Shown here piece after piece: positions 8,751 through 18,854 of a stretch of 64,000 bases of DNA (position 1 is its first letter; each line of letters opens with the position of its first letter). The stretch is from NCBI GenBank assembly GCA_028694925.1, contig JAQVJW010000002.1, positions 9,797 to 73,796 on the forward strand, written 5' to 3'. The position numbers and the translations under genes are program-made. Below the pieces are notes generated by a model that searched no databases, was not told the DNA's origin, and saw only the letters and a list, made by a program, of their open reading frames with translations. The DNA is from Patescibacteria group bacterium. GTDB taxonomy: Bacteria; Patescibacteriota; CPR2; UBA1875.

Positions 8751-9560
8751 TTAATCGGTTATTTCGAATTTAAATTGAAATAATTGTTCGTTTTCCTGAG
8801 TGCCAACCAGGATATATCTTCCACTTTCTAGCGTGACCGGCTCACAATCAATGTTATAGCCTGCTCTTAGAACTTGGTCGCTTGTTCTTTTTAATATCTC
8901 TTTTGTCCCTAGGTTTTGTATGGTGACACCATAATTATAGAGTTGCTCTTTTGCGTCAGTAAGAAGACAAAACTTATCTCTCCTTCTGCTAAATGAGCTT
9001 GTCTCTTCTGGTGAATCCCTGTCGACATCGCCAGTAAGTGGAATTTTGGCAATTGCGACCCTTGTAAATAGGTCCTGTTTTTTATCATTTTCCTTTGTGA
9101 CATATTTTGTTTCTGAGGTATCTACTTGATATATTCCATAAATATCTGATAGTAGTACAGGATTTATTTTTAAATAATCTCTTTCGTTAGAGATTTTGTA
9201 AACATTATCTATGCCATTATTTATAATTTCGCGGATAATCCCTAACCTGATGGTTCCACCATCGTTATAGTTAACGACTACCCCACTTTTTATTTCTTCT
9301 GGTGCAAAGCACTTATCGAAGCTATAGGTTTTGCCTTGGGTCAAGAAGGGTGCCATTGAGTCGCCACTTACCTTAACATTAAAGTTACATAAATAATCAA
9401 TATTATCGAGGATTGGGAGTTTTAAGTTTGGCCTTTCTTTATAAAAATAAAGGGCGGCTGCCAATAATATGATAAAGATGATAACAGCGGTATAGATTCG
9501 GGAAGATTTTTTCTTGGTTTTCATTATATTTAGTTTAGGCTGTTTCGATAAATATATCAA
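8751..9560 (-). CDS. Membrane-anchored S24/S26 (signal-peptidase-like) serine peptidase-domain protein
   Basis: N-terminal TM helix, then VSGDSMAPFL (a GDSM nucleophile motif) and RLGIIREI. The true start may be the internal Met at about 9524 (MKTKKK). Confidence 0.5.
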   Translation of the reverse strand: MIYLSKQPKLNIMKTKKKSSRIYTAVIIFIILLAAALYFYKERPNLKLPILDNIDYLCNFNVKVSGDSMAPFLTQGKTYSFDKCFAPEEIKSGVVVNYNDGGTIRLGIIREIINNGIDNVYKISNERDYLKINPVLLSDIYGIYQVDTSETKYVTKENDKKQDLFTRVAIAKIPLTGDVDRDSPEETSSFSRRRDKFCLLTDAKEQLYNYGVTIQNLGTKEILKRTSDQVLRAGYNIDCEPVTLESGRYILVGTQENEQLFQFKFEITD

Positions 9561-9614
9561 AATTAATCATGATTTGAATCCTCGCTCTATTGTAATAATT
9601 CGTTGTGATATAAT

Positions 9615-10409
9615 TTGATTATGGTATTAAAGGACAATAAATTCTTAGTTACCGGCGCGGCTAGTGGTATCGGTAAGGCCCTAGTCCTGGCCCTCATTGA
9701 ACAAGGGGCCAGTGTGGTGGCCCTAGACTTAAATCAAGAGGCTCTTCTTGCGCTCGAAAAAGAAACAGATAAAAAGAAACTTAAGACCAAAGTTCTTGAT
9801 ATAACAGATAAGAAGGCAACGACTGAAATTGCAACCGAATATATGGATATCGATGGAATTATAAACAACGCTGGAATAATCCAACCCTTTTTAAGGGTCG
9901 GGGAGCTAGATTATAAAGCGATCGAGAGGGTAATGCAGGTTAACTTCTATGGTACTTTGTATCTTACCAAGGCTTTTTTACCCCACCTTCTTAAAAGGCC
10001 TGAGGGCTATATTATAAATGTGTCGAGTATGGGCGGTTTTCTTCCGGTGCCAGGGCAGGGGATCTATGGAGCTTCAAAGGCGGCTGTCAAACTTTTTACG
10101 GAGGCCTTGTATGCTGAGCTTCGAGATACTAATGTTCATGTTTCGATCGTCTTTCCGGGAGCCACAAACACGAACATTACTAAAAATTCGAACGTTACCG
10201 CACCCAAAGATACTACGGCGACTAATTATAGCCTAACTTCACCAGAAGAGGCAGCCAGAAAAATCATCCGAGGTATTTTGAAGAATAAATCAAGGATATT
10301 CACTGGTAAAGATTCGCGATCGATGGACTTCCTTTATAGGATATCACCTACTTTTGCCACAAATCTTATTGCGCGAAAGATGAAATCCTTGCTCGGAGGG
10401 ATAGAATGA
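9615..10409 (+). CDS. Short-chain dehydrogenase/reductase (SDR)
   Basis: TGAASGIGKAL glycine-rich NAD(P)-binding motif and the YGASKAAV catalytic YxxxK. Confidence 0.85.
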   Translation: MIMVLKDNKFLVTGAASGIGKALVLALIEQGASVVALDLNQEALLALEKETDKKKLKTKVLDITDKKATTEIATEYMDIDGIINNAGIIQPFLRVGELDYKAIERVMQVNFYGTLYLTKAFLPHLLKRPEGYIINVSSMGGFLPVPGQGIYGASKAAVKLFTEALYAELRDTNVHVSIVFPGATNTNITKNSNVTAPKDTTATNYSLTSPEEAARKIIRGILKNKSRIFTGKDSRSMDFLYRISPTFATNLIARKMKSLLGGIE

Positions 10410-10633
10410 AAGAACAAACAAAGAAATCTCAAATAACCGCTATAGCTTTTGATATTCTTGAGTCACATCCCGAAGGTGTGCATTGGGTGGATCTAAATAA
10501 GATGATTTTAGGGGCAGATTCTAAGTTACACCCCAAAACAGTTAATGGGGTTGTTTGGAAGCTCTCCCAAGAGTACCCTAATAAGGTTTATAAGCCTGAA
10601 AAAGGGGTTTTTCGCTTATTAAAATTCAGGTAA
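10406..10633 (+). CDS. Small winged-helix-like protein (Mrr_N-like fold?), hypothetical
   Basis: 75 aa, overlaps the SDR stop by 4 nt. Ends KGVFRLL, which resembles Mrr_N/wHTH termini. Weak. Confidence 0.3.
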   Translation: MKEQTKKSQITAIAFDILESHPEGVHWVDLNKMILGADSKLHPKTVNGVVWKLSQEYPNKVYKPEKGVFRLLKFR

Positions 10634-10652
10634 CATAAGGACTGGAGATAAG

Positions 10653-11225
10653 ATGCCAAAGAATGCCGAAATAACCAAAAAAGCTCGCGAATCACTTTCA
10701 GGTAGATGGTGGTTTGCGGTTGGAGTACTGCTACTTTATTACCTTATAACAGGAGGAATCGCCAATATTCCGATGGCAACCCTTATTGTTGGTGGCCCCT
10801 TTGTCTTAGGCCTTACAACTTTCTCTCTTTCCTTTGTTCGGAAGGAGAAGAAGAATGAACTTGCACAATTATTCGAAGGTTTTAAGAATTTTGAGAATTC
10901 CTTAGTAGCTTATCTTTTGGTTCTTGTCTTTACTCTTCTTTGGATGCTTCTTTTTATAATCCCAGGTATTATCGCTAGTATCTCCTATTCCCAGACTTTT
11001 TATATCCTAGCCGATGAGAAGCTAACCGGTAAAGAGGCGATTGAAAAGAGCAAAAAGATGATGATGGGCTATAAGTGGAAGTACTTTTGTCTTAATTTAA
11101 GATTTTTTGGTTGGACCTTACTCTCACTTCTTTCGCTTGGGATTGGATTTATTTTCCTTATCCCCTATATTCAAATGAGCCAGGCTATTTTTTACGAAGA
11201 ACTAAAAGCGAACTATAAAGCATAA
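10653..11225 (+). CDS. Integral membrane protein, DUF975-like
   Basis: Multi-TM protein whose N-terminal motif SLSGRWWFAVGVLL is typical of the DUF975 family. Confidence 0.45.
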   Translation: MPKNAEITKKARESLSGRWWFAVGVLLLYYLITGGIANIPMATLIVGGPFVLGLTTFSLSFVRKEKKNELAQLFEGFKNFENSLVAYLLVLVFTLLWMLLFIIPGIIASISYSQTFYILADEKLTGKEAIEKSKKMMMGYKWKYFCLNLRFFGWTLLSLLSLGIGFIFLIPYIQMSQAIFYEELKANYKA

Positions 11226-11275
11226 TTGTATATTATGCCAATGATTATTCATTAGTACTTTTATAATATCTAAGT

Positions 11276-11698
11276 ATGAGGAATTGGGTTAGGAAATATT
11301 ATTTAATATTTAAGTGGCACAGGACAAAAAAGCGCCATCCGGTATTTGATCCTAAATACGCCCAAGAGAACCTACTTTCTCTTTTTGGCTTTTTATTTAT
11401 GACCCTTCTCTATCTTGTCTCAACCATTCTCTTTTTACATCTCTTGGTACTAGGTGGGGTAGTAGAGACTGAAACTATCCTTTGGCTTATGATTGAATCG
11501 GGAACTAGAATAATCCTAGTAGGATTCCCCGAACAAATGATAGCGGGCACCCTCTTTTCTGGACTCTCCTTTACTTCAAGCTTAATCCTTATCTTCTTTG
11601 CTCGTCTTATAATTGGACTATATCAAGCGAAGCTCCATCCGGAGTCAGAAAAAGAGATTGCCAATTTTATTACCTCAAAGAGACAGATTAAGATATAA
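11276..11698 (+). CDS. Hypothetical membrane protein
   Basis: Hydrophobic 140-aa ORF with no motif. Confidence 0.3.
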   Translation: MRNWVRKYYLIFKWHRTKKRHPVFDPKYAQENLLSLFGFLFMTLLYLVSTILFLHLLVLGGVVETETILWLMIESGTRIILVGFPEQMIAGTLFSGLSFTSSLILIFFARLIIGLYQAKLHPESEKEIANFITSKRQIKI

Positions 11699-11714
11699 TA
11701 GAAATCAGGAAAAT

Positions 11715-12062
11715 ATGAAATTACTTGCAAGTCTTATTTTAAAAACAGCGGCTGTCCTACTTACGGCCTGGCTTCTTCCGGGGGTAGAGCTTGACGGGTT
11801 AATACCGGCTATTTGGCTTGTTATTGTCCTTGTCCCGATCGACTATATCGTAAGACCAGTCTTACATATCTTGTCACTCCCGATTAGTATCATAACCTTT
11901 GGTATCTTTGCCCTTTTCATAAATGGAGCCATGATTCTGTTGGCCTCGGTATTTGTACCTAATTTCTCAGTTGATGGTTTGCTTCCGGCGATTCTCTTTA
12001 GCCTTATCCTTGGTTTTGTAACGACAATCCTACAAAGGATATTCTTACCCGAAAAAGAATAA
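11715..12062 (+). CDS. Phage_holin_4_2 / DUF360 family membrane protein
   Basis: Starts MKLLASLILKTAAVLLTAWLLPGVELDG and has four TM segments typical of PF04020. The ORF-track start at 11613 overlaps the upstream gene. The ATG at 11715 has an AGGA RBS. Confidence 0.55.
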   Translation: MKLLASLILKTAAVLLTAWLLPGVELDGLIPAIWLVIVLVPIDYIVRPVLHILSLPISIITFGIFALFINGAMILLASVFVPNFSVDGLLPAILFSLILGFVTTILQRIFLPEKE

Positions 12063-12069
12063 TAACTTT

Positions 12070-12348
12070 CTACATTCCAAGGAACTTCATCAGCTCATAA
12101 ACCAAAAATCCTGGCCAAACGATTGCTTTTAGAATTCCAACTACTACTTCAGTAAAACCATCGGCGGACCCAAGGAAATAGACTAGGGCTCCAATTAGTC
12201 CAAGACCATAGACGGCCCCGGCCCCTGCCTTAGCGCCTTTATCGGCCTTGCAGGATTTGCTCCACTCGCTTATCTTTTGCTCGATTTTCTTTTCGGTCGC
12301 CTCGTCCCATTCAGCGGTAATTTTTGCTTTTTTGGTTTTTTCGGCCAT
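12070..12348 (-). CDS. Hypothetical small protein with a C-terminal TM segment
   Basis: 92-aa ORF with a lysine-rich N-terminus and a hydrophobic C-terminus. Confidence 0.35.
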   Translation of the reverse strand: MAEKTKKAKITAEWDEATEKKIEQKISEWSKSCKADKGAKAGAGAVYGLGLIGALVYFLGSADGFTEVVVGILKAIVWPGFLVYELMKFLGM

Positions 12349-12431
12349 CTTTACCTCCCAATTATTTAACTAATCTCATGATAGCATCTCTTGATATGGC
12401 TTAAAACCTATATATTCTGTATTATTACTAT

Positions 12432-13178
12432 ATGAGCTTTCTTTTAAGTGCAGTTATCGCCACCTTAATCATTAGTATCCTTTCACTTGTTGGAATATTT
12501 ACTTTTGTTTTAGGAGAGAAGAAATTAAATAAGATTGCTTTGTATCTAGTAGCCTTTTCTACTGGGGCTTTAATCGGTGGTGCTTTCTTGCATCTATTGC
12601 CCGAAGCGGCCGAAAATTCTGAGGGTCTTTCGATTTACCTATATCAAATTCTTGGTATTACCCTCTTTTTTATCCTGGAGCGGTTTCTTAAATGGCATCA
12701 TTGCCACGAAGAAGGGGAATGTGAGGTCCACACCTTTACCTACATGAGTATTGTTGGAGACTCTTTCCATAACTTTATTGATGGCCTGGTGATTGTCTCT
12801 GCCTTTGCGGTCGCTCCTGAACTTGGGATTGCAACTACAATTGCAGTGGCCGCCCATGAGATACCCCAAGAGCTTGGGGACTTCGGAGTCCTAATTCATG
12901 GTGGTTACTCGCGGGCTAAGGCCCTTCTATGGAACTTTGCTTCAGCCTTAACGGCTGTAGCCGGTACCATAGTGGGCTATTTTCTTTTAAATCTGAACGA
13001 AACACTTTCCTTATTCTTGCTTCCTTTCGCGGCTGGTGGTTTTATCTATATCGCGATGAGCGATTTAGTCCCCGAGCTTCATAAAGAGCCTAGAATTTCT
13101 AAGTCGGTTCTTAACTTTCTTCTCTTTCTTTTGGGGATACTTGTAATGTATGGTCTTAAAATATATTTTGAAGGGTAA
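12432..13178 (+). CDS. zupT: ZIP family zinc/iron permease (ZupT-like)
   Basis: His-rich loop (HHCHEEGECEVH) and the HEIPQELGDFGVL ZIP signature, with eight TM segments. Confidence 0.8.
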   Translation: MSFLLSAVIATLIISILSLVGIFTFVLGEKKLNKIALYLVAFSTGALIGGAFLHLLPEAAENSEGLSIYLYQILGITLFFILERFLKWHHCHEEGECEVHTFTYMSIVGDSFHNFIDGLVIVSAFAVAPELGIATTIAVAAHEIPQELGDFGVLIHGGYSRAKALLWNFASALTAVAGTIVGYFLLNLNETLSLFLLPFAAGGFIYIAMSDLVPELHKEPRISKSVLNFLLFLLGILVMYGLKIYFEG

Positions 13179-13224
13179 AAAAGAGCCGCGGTAGCGACTC
13201 CTTTTTATCTTTTTGTTTTATCCT

Positions 13225-13776
13225 CTAATTACTTTGGCAAGTACTTGCCCCATTGCCATTTCCACCATTTCTTTGTCCGAACCCTTCACGAACGGGGAGA
13301 ATGCTTGTATCAATTCCTTCATCTTCTAGGTATGCTCGTAGGCCATCCGTTCGTCCTTTTACCTTTCCTCTGTTTTGATACATTGGTTCTCGAGTAGCTT
13401 TTATCTCCTCGTGCCTTTCGAGGATAGCATCGTATTGCTCCTTTGTGATCTTTCCGTCTGCTAGAGCGGTATCTAGGCTAGTCGTAAGGGCCGTCTCTCT
13501 TTCGGCCTGGTGTTCTGCCCGCACTTCAGCAAGATAGGTCCCAACCTCATCTTGATTTAGATTAAATTTTTCCGTAAGGTCGCTCACTATTGGAGGAAGG
13601 GTCTCCGATGTTGTATCGGCAGCATTCGCGTAGCTTACAGCCGTTGCGCCAAGTCCTAAGGCAAGCCCAAGGGCTACGAGTGATATTTTTTGTGTCTTTG
13701 TCATCTTATTCCTCTTTGGATTATTTTTTACTTTCGCCGGCAGTAATAATACGCATGGGAAGAAAAAATATTTCAA
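13225..13776 (-). CDS. Secreted hypothetical protein
   Basis: Signal peptide (MTKTQKISLVALGLALGLGATAVSYANA), then a Gly/Asn-rich tail. It lies immediately downstream of the sigma/anti-sigma pair. Confidence 0.35.
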   Translation of the reverse strand: MKYFFFPCVLLLPAKVKNNPKRNKMTKTQKISLVALGLALGLGATAVSYANAADTTSETLPPIVSDLTEKFNLNQDEVGTYLAEVRAEHQAERETALTTSLDTALADGKITKEQYDAILERHEEIKATREPMYQNRGKVKGRTDGLRAYLEDEGIDTSILPVREGFGQRNGGNGNGASTCQSN

Positions 13777-14291
13777 ATATCATCGATGTCGTTTTCATAG
13801 ATCGGGTGCATAAGTCTTTTGCCTTGTCCGTTTCGGGGGCCTCTTGGGACGAAATTTTCGTCATTCCACTGATAGAATTGTCTGAAACCTGGTCTTTTTT
13901 CAAACTGCTCGTTAAGGTTTAGCCTTGAAAGCCCCATTCCAAGGAGAAGAACGAAGAAGAAAACAATGAGGGCCGTAATTCCGATATGTTTCTTGTAACC
14001 ACCTTCGTAATTGCGATAAAGATAGAGAAGAACTGCGACTACTATAGAGCCAATAATAAGGAGAGGCCAAGGGAAGAGCGAGAGGTAGCTTAGGTTCCCG
14101 TTCTCGGCCATCCTAAGAGCTCGTTCTGGGAGGTAGAACATAAGGTTAAAGATGTAGATAGCAAGGATAAGAATCACAAAAGATGCACTATAGATGGCTG
14201 CTCTTAGGAAAGCAAAGTATGACTTTGGTTTTGGTTTAATGTCATTCTTTCTTATTCTATTTAAGGTTTCCTTTTTTATATCTTTTTTCAT
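13773..14291 (-). CDS. Putative membrane anti-sigma factor
   Basis: Overlaps the ECF sigma gene stop by 4 nt. Multi-TM with no conserved motif, so the call rests on context only. Confidence 0.4.
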   Translation of the reverse strand: MKKDIKKETLNRIRKNDIKPKPKSYFAFLRAAIYSASFVILILAIYIFNLMFYLPERALRMAENGNLSYLSLFPWPLLIIGSIVVAVLLYLYRNYEGGYKKHIGITALIVFFFVLLLGMGLSRLNLNEQFEKRPGFRQFYQWNDENFVPRGPRNGQGKRLMHPIYENDIDDI

Positions 14292-14869
14292 AAGTAGTCC
14301 TCTGGATTAATATTTATATTACTCTTTAATTTCGCAAGCCCCCTTCTGATTCTGACCCCGACGGTACTTATGGGTATTTTTAGGATGTCACTGATCTCTT
14401 CATAGCTCTTCTCTTCAAAAAAACGCAAGATGACGATTTCTTTGTATTTAAGTGGCAGGGTTTCAATCTCTTTCTCGAGTACCTTTTTGACCTCTTTCTT
14501 TCCGAGTTCTGCTTCGATTTTCTCTCTCCCTTCTGAACTTGCAATTTCCGGGGCATCATCGATACTAACTTTATTTTTTCCTTTTCTGATTTCATTTATC
14601 GCCTTGTTGTGGGCAATCCGGTAGATCCAAGAAGAAAATTTCCTTTTTGGATCAAAACCGTTAATATTCTCATAAGCGGCAATAAAGGTCTCCTGTAAGA
14701 CATCTTCAGAAAGATCTTCATCTTTTAGGATGCGAGTAATATACCCTAGTAATTTTTTCTCGTATCTATCAATAACTTCGGAGAAGCCATCTCCAAAGTT
14801 GTTTTGGATATATAATATGAGCTCCTCATCAGAGTATTTGTGGTAATCCATGCATCTATAATACAACAA
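14288..14869 (-). CDS. RNA polymerase ECF-type sigma-70 factor
   Basis: Sigma70 region 2 (DVLQETFIAAYENINGFDP...WIYRIAHNKAIN) and region 4 HTH (SYEEISDILKIPISTVGVRIRRG). Confidence 0.85.
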   Translation of the reverse strand: MLYYRCMDYHKYSDEELILYIQNNFGDGFSEVIDRYEKKLLGYITRILKDEDLSEDVLQETFIAAYENINGFDPKRKFSSWIYRIAHNKAINEIRKGKNKVSIDDAPEIASSEGREKIEAELGKKEVKKVLEKEIETLPLKYKEIVILRFFEEKSYEEISDILKIPISTVGVRIRRGLAKLKSNININPEDYL

Positions 14870-14949
14870 CCAAGGAAATAAATTTCATTTTGGGATGATT
14901 TCAGAGAACCTGAAATCTTTAGCTCTTATCGATTATTTGATATACTGGT

Positions 14950-16278
14950 TTGGCATCGATATTAACTTTGGGAGGAATTGTGGAACTTTCAGATAAGATA
15001 AATAAGAAAACGCTCGTGGCTGGTGTGGTGGGGATGGGCTATGTCGGCCTTCCTCTGATGGTAGAAATCGCCAAGAACGATATTAAGGTGATTGGTTTTA
15101 ATCGGGGACAAGAGAAGGTAGATAAGATAAATAAGGGTGAGAATTATATTCAGGATGTTAACGATAAAGAACTCGCGGAACTCGTCTCAAAGAAGCTCCT
15201 TTCGGCTACGACCGATTTTAAGAGAGTGCCGGAGGCTGATGTCATCTGTATCGCAGTCCCAACCCCGATTAACGGTAAGAAGGAGCCAGAACTTGATCTT
15301 GTTATCGATGCGACAGAAAAAATTGGGAAAAACCTAAGAAAAGGTCAGCTCGTAATCCTTAAGAGTACGACTTATCCCGGTACGACTGAAGAAGTAGTCC
15401 TCCCGATCCTCGAGAAGGAGAGCGGTCTTCGGGCGGGGTCTGACTTCTATCTGGCTTTTGCTCCCGAGCGGATTGACCCCGGAAATGAAAAATATGGGAC
15501 CGGAAATACTCCAAAAGTGGTTGGCGGAGTAGATAAAAAATCAGGTAGATTAGCGGCTGACTTCTTCCGCCTTTTTATAACCGAAGTCTTTGAGACCAAA
15601 GGGGCTAAAGAGGCTGAAATGACAAAAATTCTTGAAAATACCTTTCGGCTTATAAACATCTCCTTTATAAACGAAATGGCCATTATCGCCAAAAAGCTTG
15701 ATATCGATATCTGGGAAGTAATCGAGGCCGCAAAGACAAAGCCATTTGGGTTTATGCCCTTTTACCCGGGTCCTGGGCTTGGAGGGCACTGCATTCCAGT
15801 AGACCCATACTATCTTTCCTATAAGGCGAAAAAATTGGGCCTTGCGACTGATTTTATTGATACCTCGTCAAAGATAGATGACTATATGCACGAGTATGTT
15901 GTTCGCCTTACGGAGGATGCACTCAAGGAAGCCGGAAAAAACTTAAAAGGTTCTAGGCTCCTTGTAATCGGAGTGGCCTACAAAAAGGACATTAACGATC
16001 TCCGCGAATCTCCGGCTCTTAAGGTAATGGAGCTCCTTACAAACTCGGGTGCTCATATCGACTATTATGACCCACATGTACCGAATTTTAGTGTAGGGGA
16101 GTCTAAAAAAGTAAGTCTTAAAACGCTTACCAAAGACAAAATCGCCTCTTATGATGCCGTTTTAATCCTGACCGATCACTCTCAAGTAAATTACGACTTG
16201 ATCGCAGGGGCTGCTAAAGTAATTATTGATACCAGACATGCCATCAGCAAAGATGGTGAAAATATCTATCGGATATAG
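14950..16278 (+). CDS. Nucleotide-sugar dehydrogenase (UDP-glucose / UDP-N-acetyl-D-mannosamine dehydrogenase family)
   Basis: N-terminal GMGYVGLP Rossmann motif and the catalytic GGHCIPVDP. Confidence 0.85.
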   Translation: MASILTLGGIVELSDKINKKTLVAGVVGMGYVGLPLMVEIAKNDIKVIGFNRGQEKVDKINKGENYIQDVNDKELAELVSKKLLSATTDFKRVPEADVICIAVPTPINGKKEPELDLVIDATEKIGKNLRKGQLVILKSTTYPGTTEEVVLPILEKESGLRAGSDFYLAFAPERIDPGNEKYGTGNTPKVVGGVDKKSGRLAADFFRLFITEVFETKGAKEAEMTKILENTFRLINISFINEMAIIAKKLDIDIWEVIEAAKTKPFGFMPFYPGPGLGGHCIPVDPYYLSYKAKKLGLATDFIDTSSKIDDYMHEYVVRLTEDALKEAGKNLKGSRLLVIGVAYKKDINDLRESPALKVMELLTNSGAHIDYYDPHVPNFSVGESKKVSLKTLTKDKIASYDAVLILTDHSQVNYDLIAGAAKVIIDTRHAISKDGENIYRI

Positions 16279-16330
16279 TCACATGGCCTTTATTAATTCG
16301 TGATTTTGTAGTAGAATTACTTTCGCAATA

Positions 16331-16747
16331 ATGAAGTTTAAAAAAATTGAATTAAATATTAAGGCCAGGGTTAATCCAATCCGCACGCGGGCCATCTCCC
16401 ATATTAAAAGTAACTATTTTCGGGATACGGCAACTCAACTTCTTTTGATTCCTTCAATATCATTTATGGTTGTGGCCCTTGTGATGGCGATTTACTTCTT
16501 TCGAATCTCCGAGTATTTAGTGCCCCTTAGGTACAATACATTTCTTGGAGTAATTAGCCTTGGGCATTGGTATGAACTCTATCAATTACCGATATTTTTA
16601 ACTATTTGTTTTATCGTAAATATCCTCTTGGCTAAGGTTATCTATGAGAGGGATAAATTCCTTGCCTACATTATAACGGCATCGAATATCTTTTTGACTC
16701 TAGTTACCCTTGTGACAATTATCAATTTTGGCAGGATAATTAGTTAG
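16331..16747 (+). CDS. Hypothetical membrane protein
   Basis: Four hydrophobic segments, immediately upstream of the GT2 synthase. Confidence 0.3.
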   Translation: MKFKKIELNIKARVNPIRTRAISHIKSNYFRDTATQLLLIPSISFMVVALVMAIYFFRISEYLVPLRYNTFLGVISLGHWYELYQLPIFLTICFIVNILLAKVIYERDKFLAYIITASNIFLTLVTLVTIINFGRIIS

Positions 16748-18394
16748 ATGGCCGAAATCACAGAGAATCACAAATTTACGCGAGCACTTGAGATATTTCC
16801 TGGCGCTCTGGCTTGGACAATTATTCTCTTCCCACTTCTTGCGAGTCCCTTTTTCCCAATGGCCGTTGCCATTTTTATTATAATCTTTAATATTTACTGG
16901 GTCGCGAAGGCCTTAAATATGATTAGACACCTCCTTTCCGGCTATTTTAGGATGAAGCGGAACATGAGTATTGACTGGCTCAAACGTACTCAAAAAGTCA
17001 GTAAAAGCTACAAGAGCCTTATAACAGAATTAAAGAAAGAGTTTGCGAGGCGTCCCAGCCTCTATTTAAGGGAAGATATTGCTGAGCTTGAAAATCTTCT
17101 TGAGCTTAAGAATCCGGTAAAAAAATATGAGGATATTTACCATCTTGTTATTGTTACAAACTACAAAGAAAGTTACGAAATTACCTATCCGACTTATGAT
17201 GCAATTAGAAGGTCAAACTATTCCAATAAGAAGATTATTGTTCTTGGAACCGGTGAAGCCTCACGTGACAAAAAAGGTTGGGACGGGGTCAAAAAGAAAC
17301 TCAAAAAAGAGTTTGGAGATTCTTTTGCCGGCCTTTTCTTTAATGACCATTATGATAAGCCGGGAGATGTTATTGGCAAAGGTCCAAATCTTTCCTCAGC
17401 TGGATATGAGGCGCTTAAGTATCTTAAGAAGGAATGGCCAAATCTTGCTCCAGAGAATGTGATGGTGACTACGCTTGATGCCGACCATATCGTCGAGACA
17501 AACTACTTTGCAAGGTTAACCTATAAGTACATTATCGACCCAAACAGACTAGAAAAGACCTATCAACCGGTTGGCCTCCTCTTTAATAACATCTGGGACG
17601 CTCCCGCCCCAAATAGGATTGCGGCTATTGCCTCTTCCTTTTGGCAAATCATTGAAGGGATGCGCCCCTATCGGTTACGTACTTTTGCGTCACATGCTCA
17701 ACCTCTCGCGACCCTAATTAAGACGGACTTTTGGAGTACAAAGACAATTGTTGAAGATGGGCACCAGTATTGGCGTACCTATTTTGCTTTTGGCGGGGAT
17801 CATGATATGGTCCCACTCCTTATTCCGGTCTATCAAGACTGTGTTCTCGCCGAAAAATTCGTCGATACCTTCAAAAATCAATACAACCAACGGAAGCGTT
17901 GGGCTTGGGGAATTTCAGACTTTCCCTATGTTGTGAAGATGTCCATTCGTCACAAAGAGATACCGTTGCATGAACGGCTCCTTCAGATTTTTAGGCTCCT
18001 TTCGGGGCATATCTCTTGGTCTACCGCCTCGCTTTTTTTGGCTTTTGCCTGGCTACCTCTGACAATCAACCGCTCTTTTCAGGATACGGTCATGGTTCAT
18101 AATATGATGACCTATGGCTCGCTTCTTATGCGCGTAGCCTGGCTTGGGATTGTTGCTAATGCTTGGGTCTATCTTTCTCTTTTGCCACAACGCCCCGAGA
18201 GGTATGGGCCACATCGCTATATTAATATGATTGCTCAATGGGTATTTATTGCCCCCGTCTCCATTTTTATATCCTCCATCCCGGCTCTTGAGGCCCAGAC
18301 TCGATTAATGCTTGGTAAATACATGAACGTTTTTTGGCTCACCCCTAAATATCGTCGTGAGAGCCCTCTTTTTGGGGCTCATAAGAAGAAATAA
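16748..18394 (+). CDS. Membrane-embedded family-2 glycosyltransferase with QxxRW motif (processive beta-glycan synthase-like)
   Basis: TLDADH (DxD) and QRKRWAWG (QxxRW), with N- and C-terminal TM clusters. Confidence 0.6.
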   Translation: MAEITENHKFTRALEIFPGALAWTIILFPLLASPFFPMAVAIFIIIFNIYWVAKALNMIRHLLSGYFRMKRNMSIDWLKRTQKVSKSYKSLITELKKEFARRPSLYLREDIAELENLLELKNPVKKYEDIYHLVIVTNYKESYEITYPTYDAIRRSNYSNKKIIVLGTGEASRDKKGWDGVKKKLKKEFGDSFAGLFFNDHYDKPGDVIGKGPNLSSAGYEALKYLKKEWPNLAPENVMVTTLDADHIVETNYFARLTYKYIIDPNRLEKTYQPVGLLFNNIWDAPAPNRIAAIASSFWQIIEGMRPYRLRTFASHAQPLATLIKTDFWSTKTIVEDGHQYWRTYFAFGGDHDMVPLLIPVYQDCVLAEKFVDTFKNQYNQRKRWAWGISDFPYVVKMSIRHKEIPLHERLLQIFRLLSGHISWSTASLFLAFAWLPLTINRSFQDTVMVHNMMTYGSLLMRVAWLGIVANAWVYLSLLPQRPERYGPHRYINMIAQWVFIAPVSIFISSIPALEAQTRLMLGKYMNVFWLTPKYRRESPLFGAHKKK

Positions 18395-18449
18395 CTTCTT
18401 TTGCTTGACGGCATAATTATTCGGGGCTACTATCTAACTAGGAGTAACT

Positions 18450-18785
18450 TTGGATCGTAAGAAATTTTTTGATTTACTAAAGAATTTACAAACCATTATG
18501 CGTTGTCCTTCTTGTGGGGCGCTTTATGATGTCGAAGAGATTCAATATGTTGGTAACCAGGATGGCTATTTCCTACTTTCAATGACTTGTAGTAAATGCT
18601 CTCTTCCGGTTTGGGTCAACTTCTTTGCTGGAAGCGAGCGAGAACCCGTTATTGCAAACGATCTAACAATTACTGATTCTCATTTTTTAGAACGAGAACC
18701 TATTTCATCTGATGAGGTTCTCGATTTTCACACCTCACTTAAAAGTTTTAGTGGAGACTTTAAAAAGGCTTTCAAGGTAAAATAG
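18450..18785 (+). CDS. Zinc-ribbon hypothetical protein
   Basis: Two CxxC pairs: CPSCG...CSKCS. Confidence 0.35.
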   Translation: MDRKKFFDLLKNLQTIMRCPSCGALYDVEEIQYVGNQDGYFLLSMTCSKCSLPVWVNFFAGSEREPVIANDLTITDSHFLEREPISSDEVLDFHTSLKSFSGDFKKAFKVK

Positions 18786-18854
18786 CTCACCTACTATCAA
18801 AGATTATCCTTTACCTTAGGGGCTTTTTTTGATATACTTTTCTTCGTAACTTCA

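Noticed and set aside
11613-11714. ORF-track start of the holin-like gene at 11613
   Set aside because: It overlaps the upstream gene by 86 nt in another frame, whereas the ATG at 11715 with an AGGA RBS gives the family-typical N-terminus (MKLLASLIL...).
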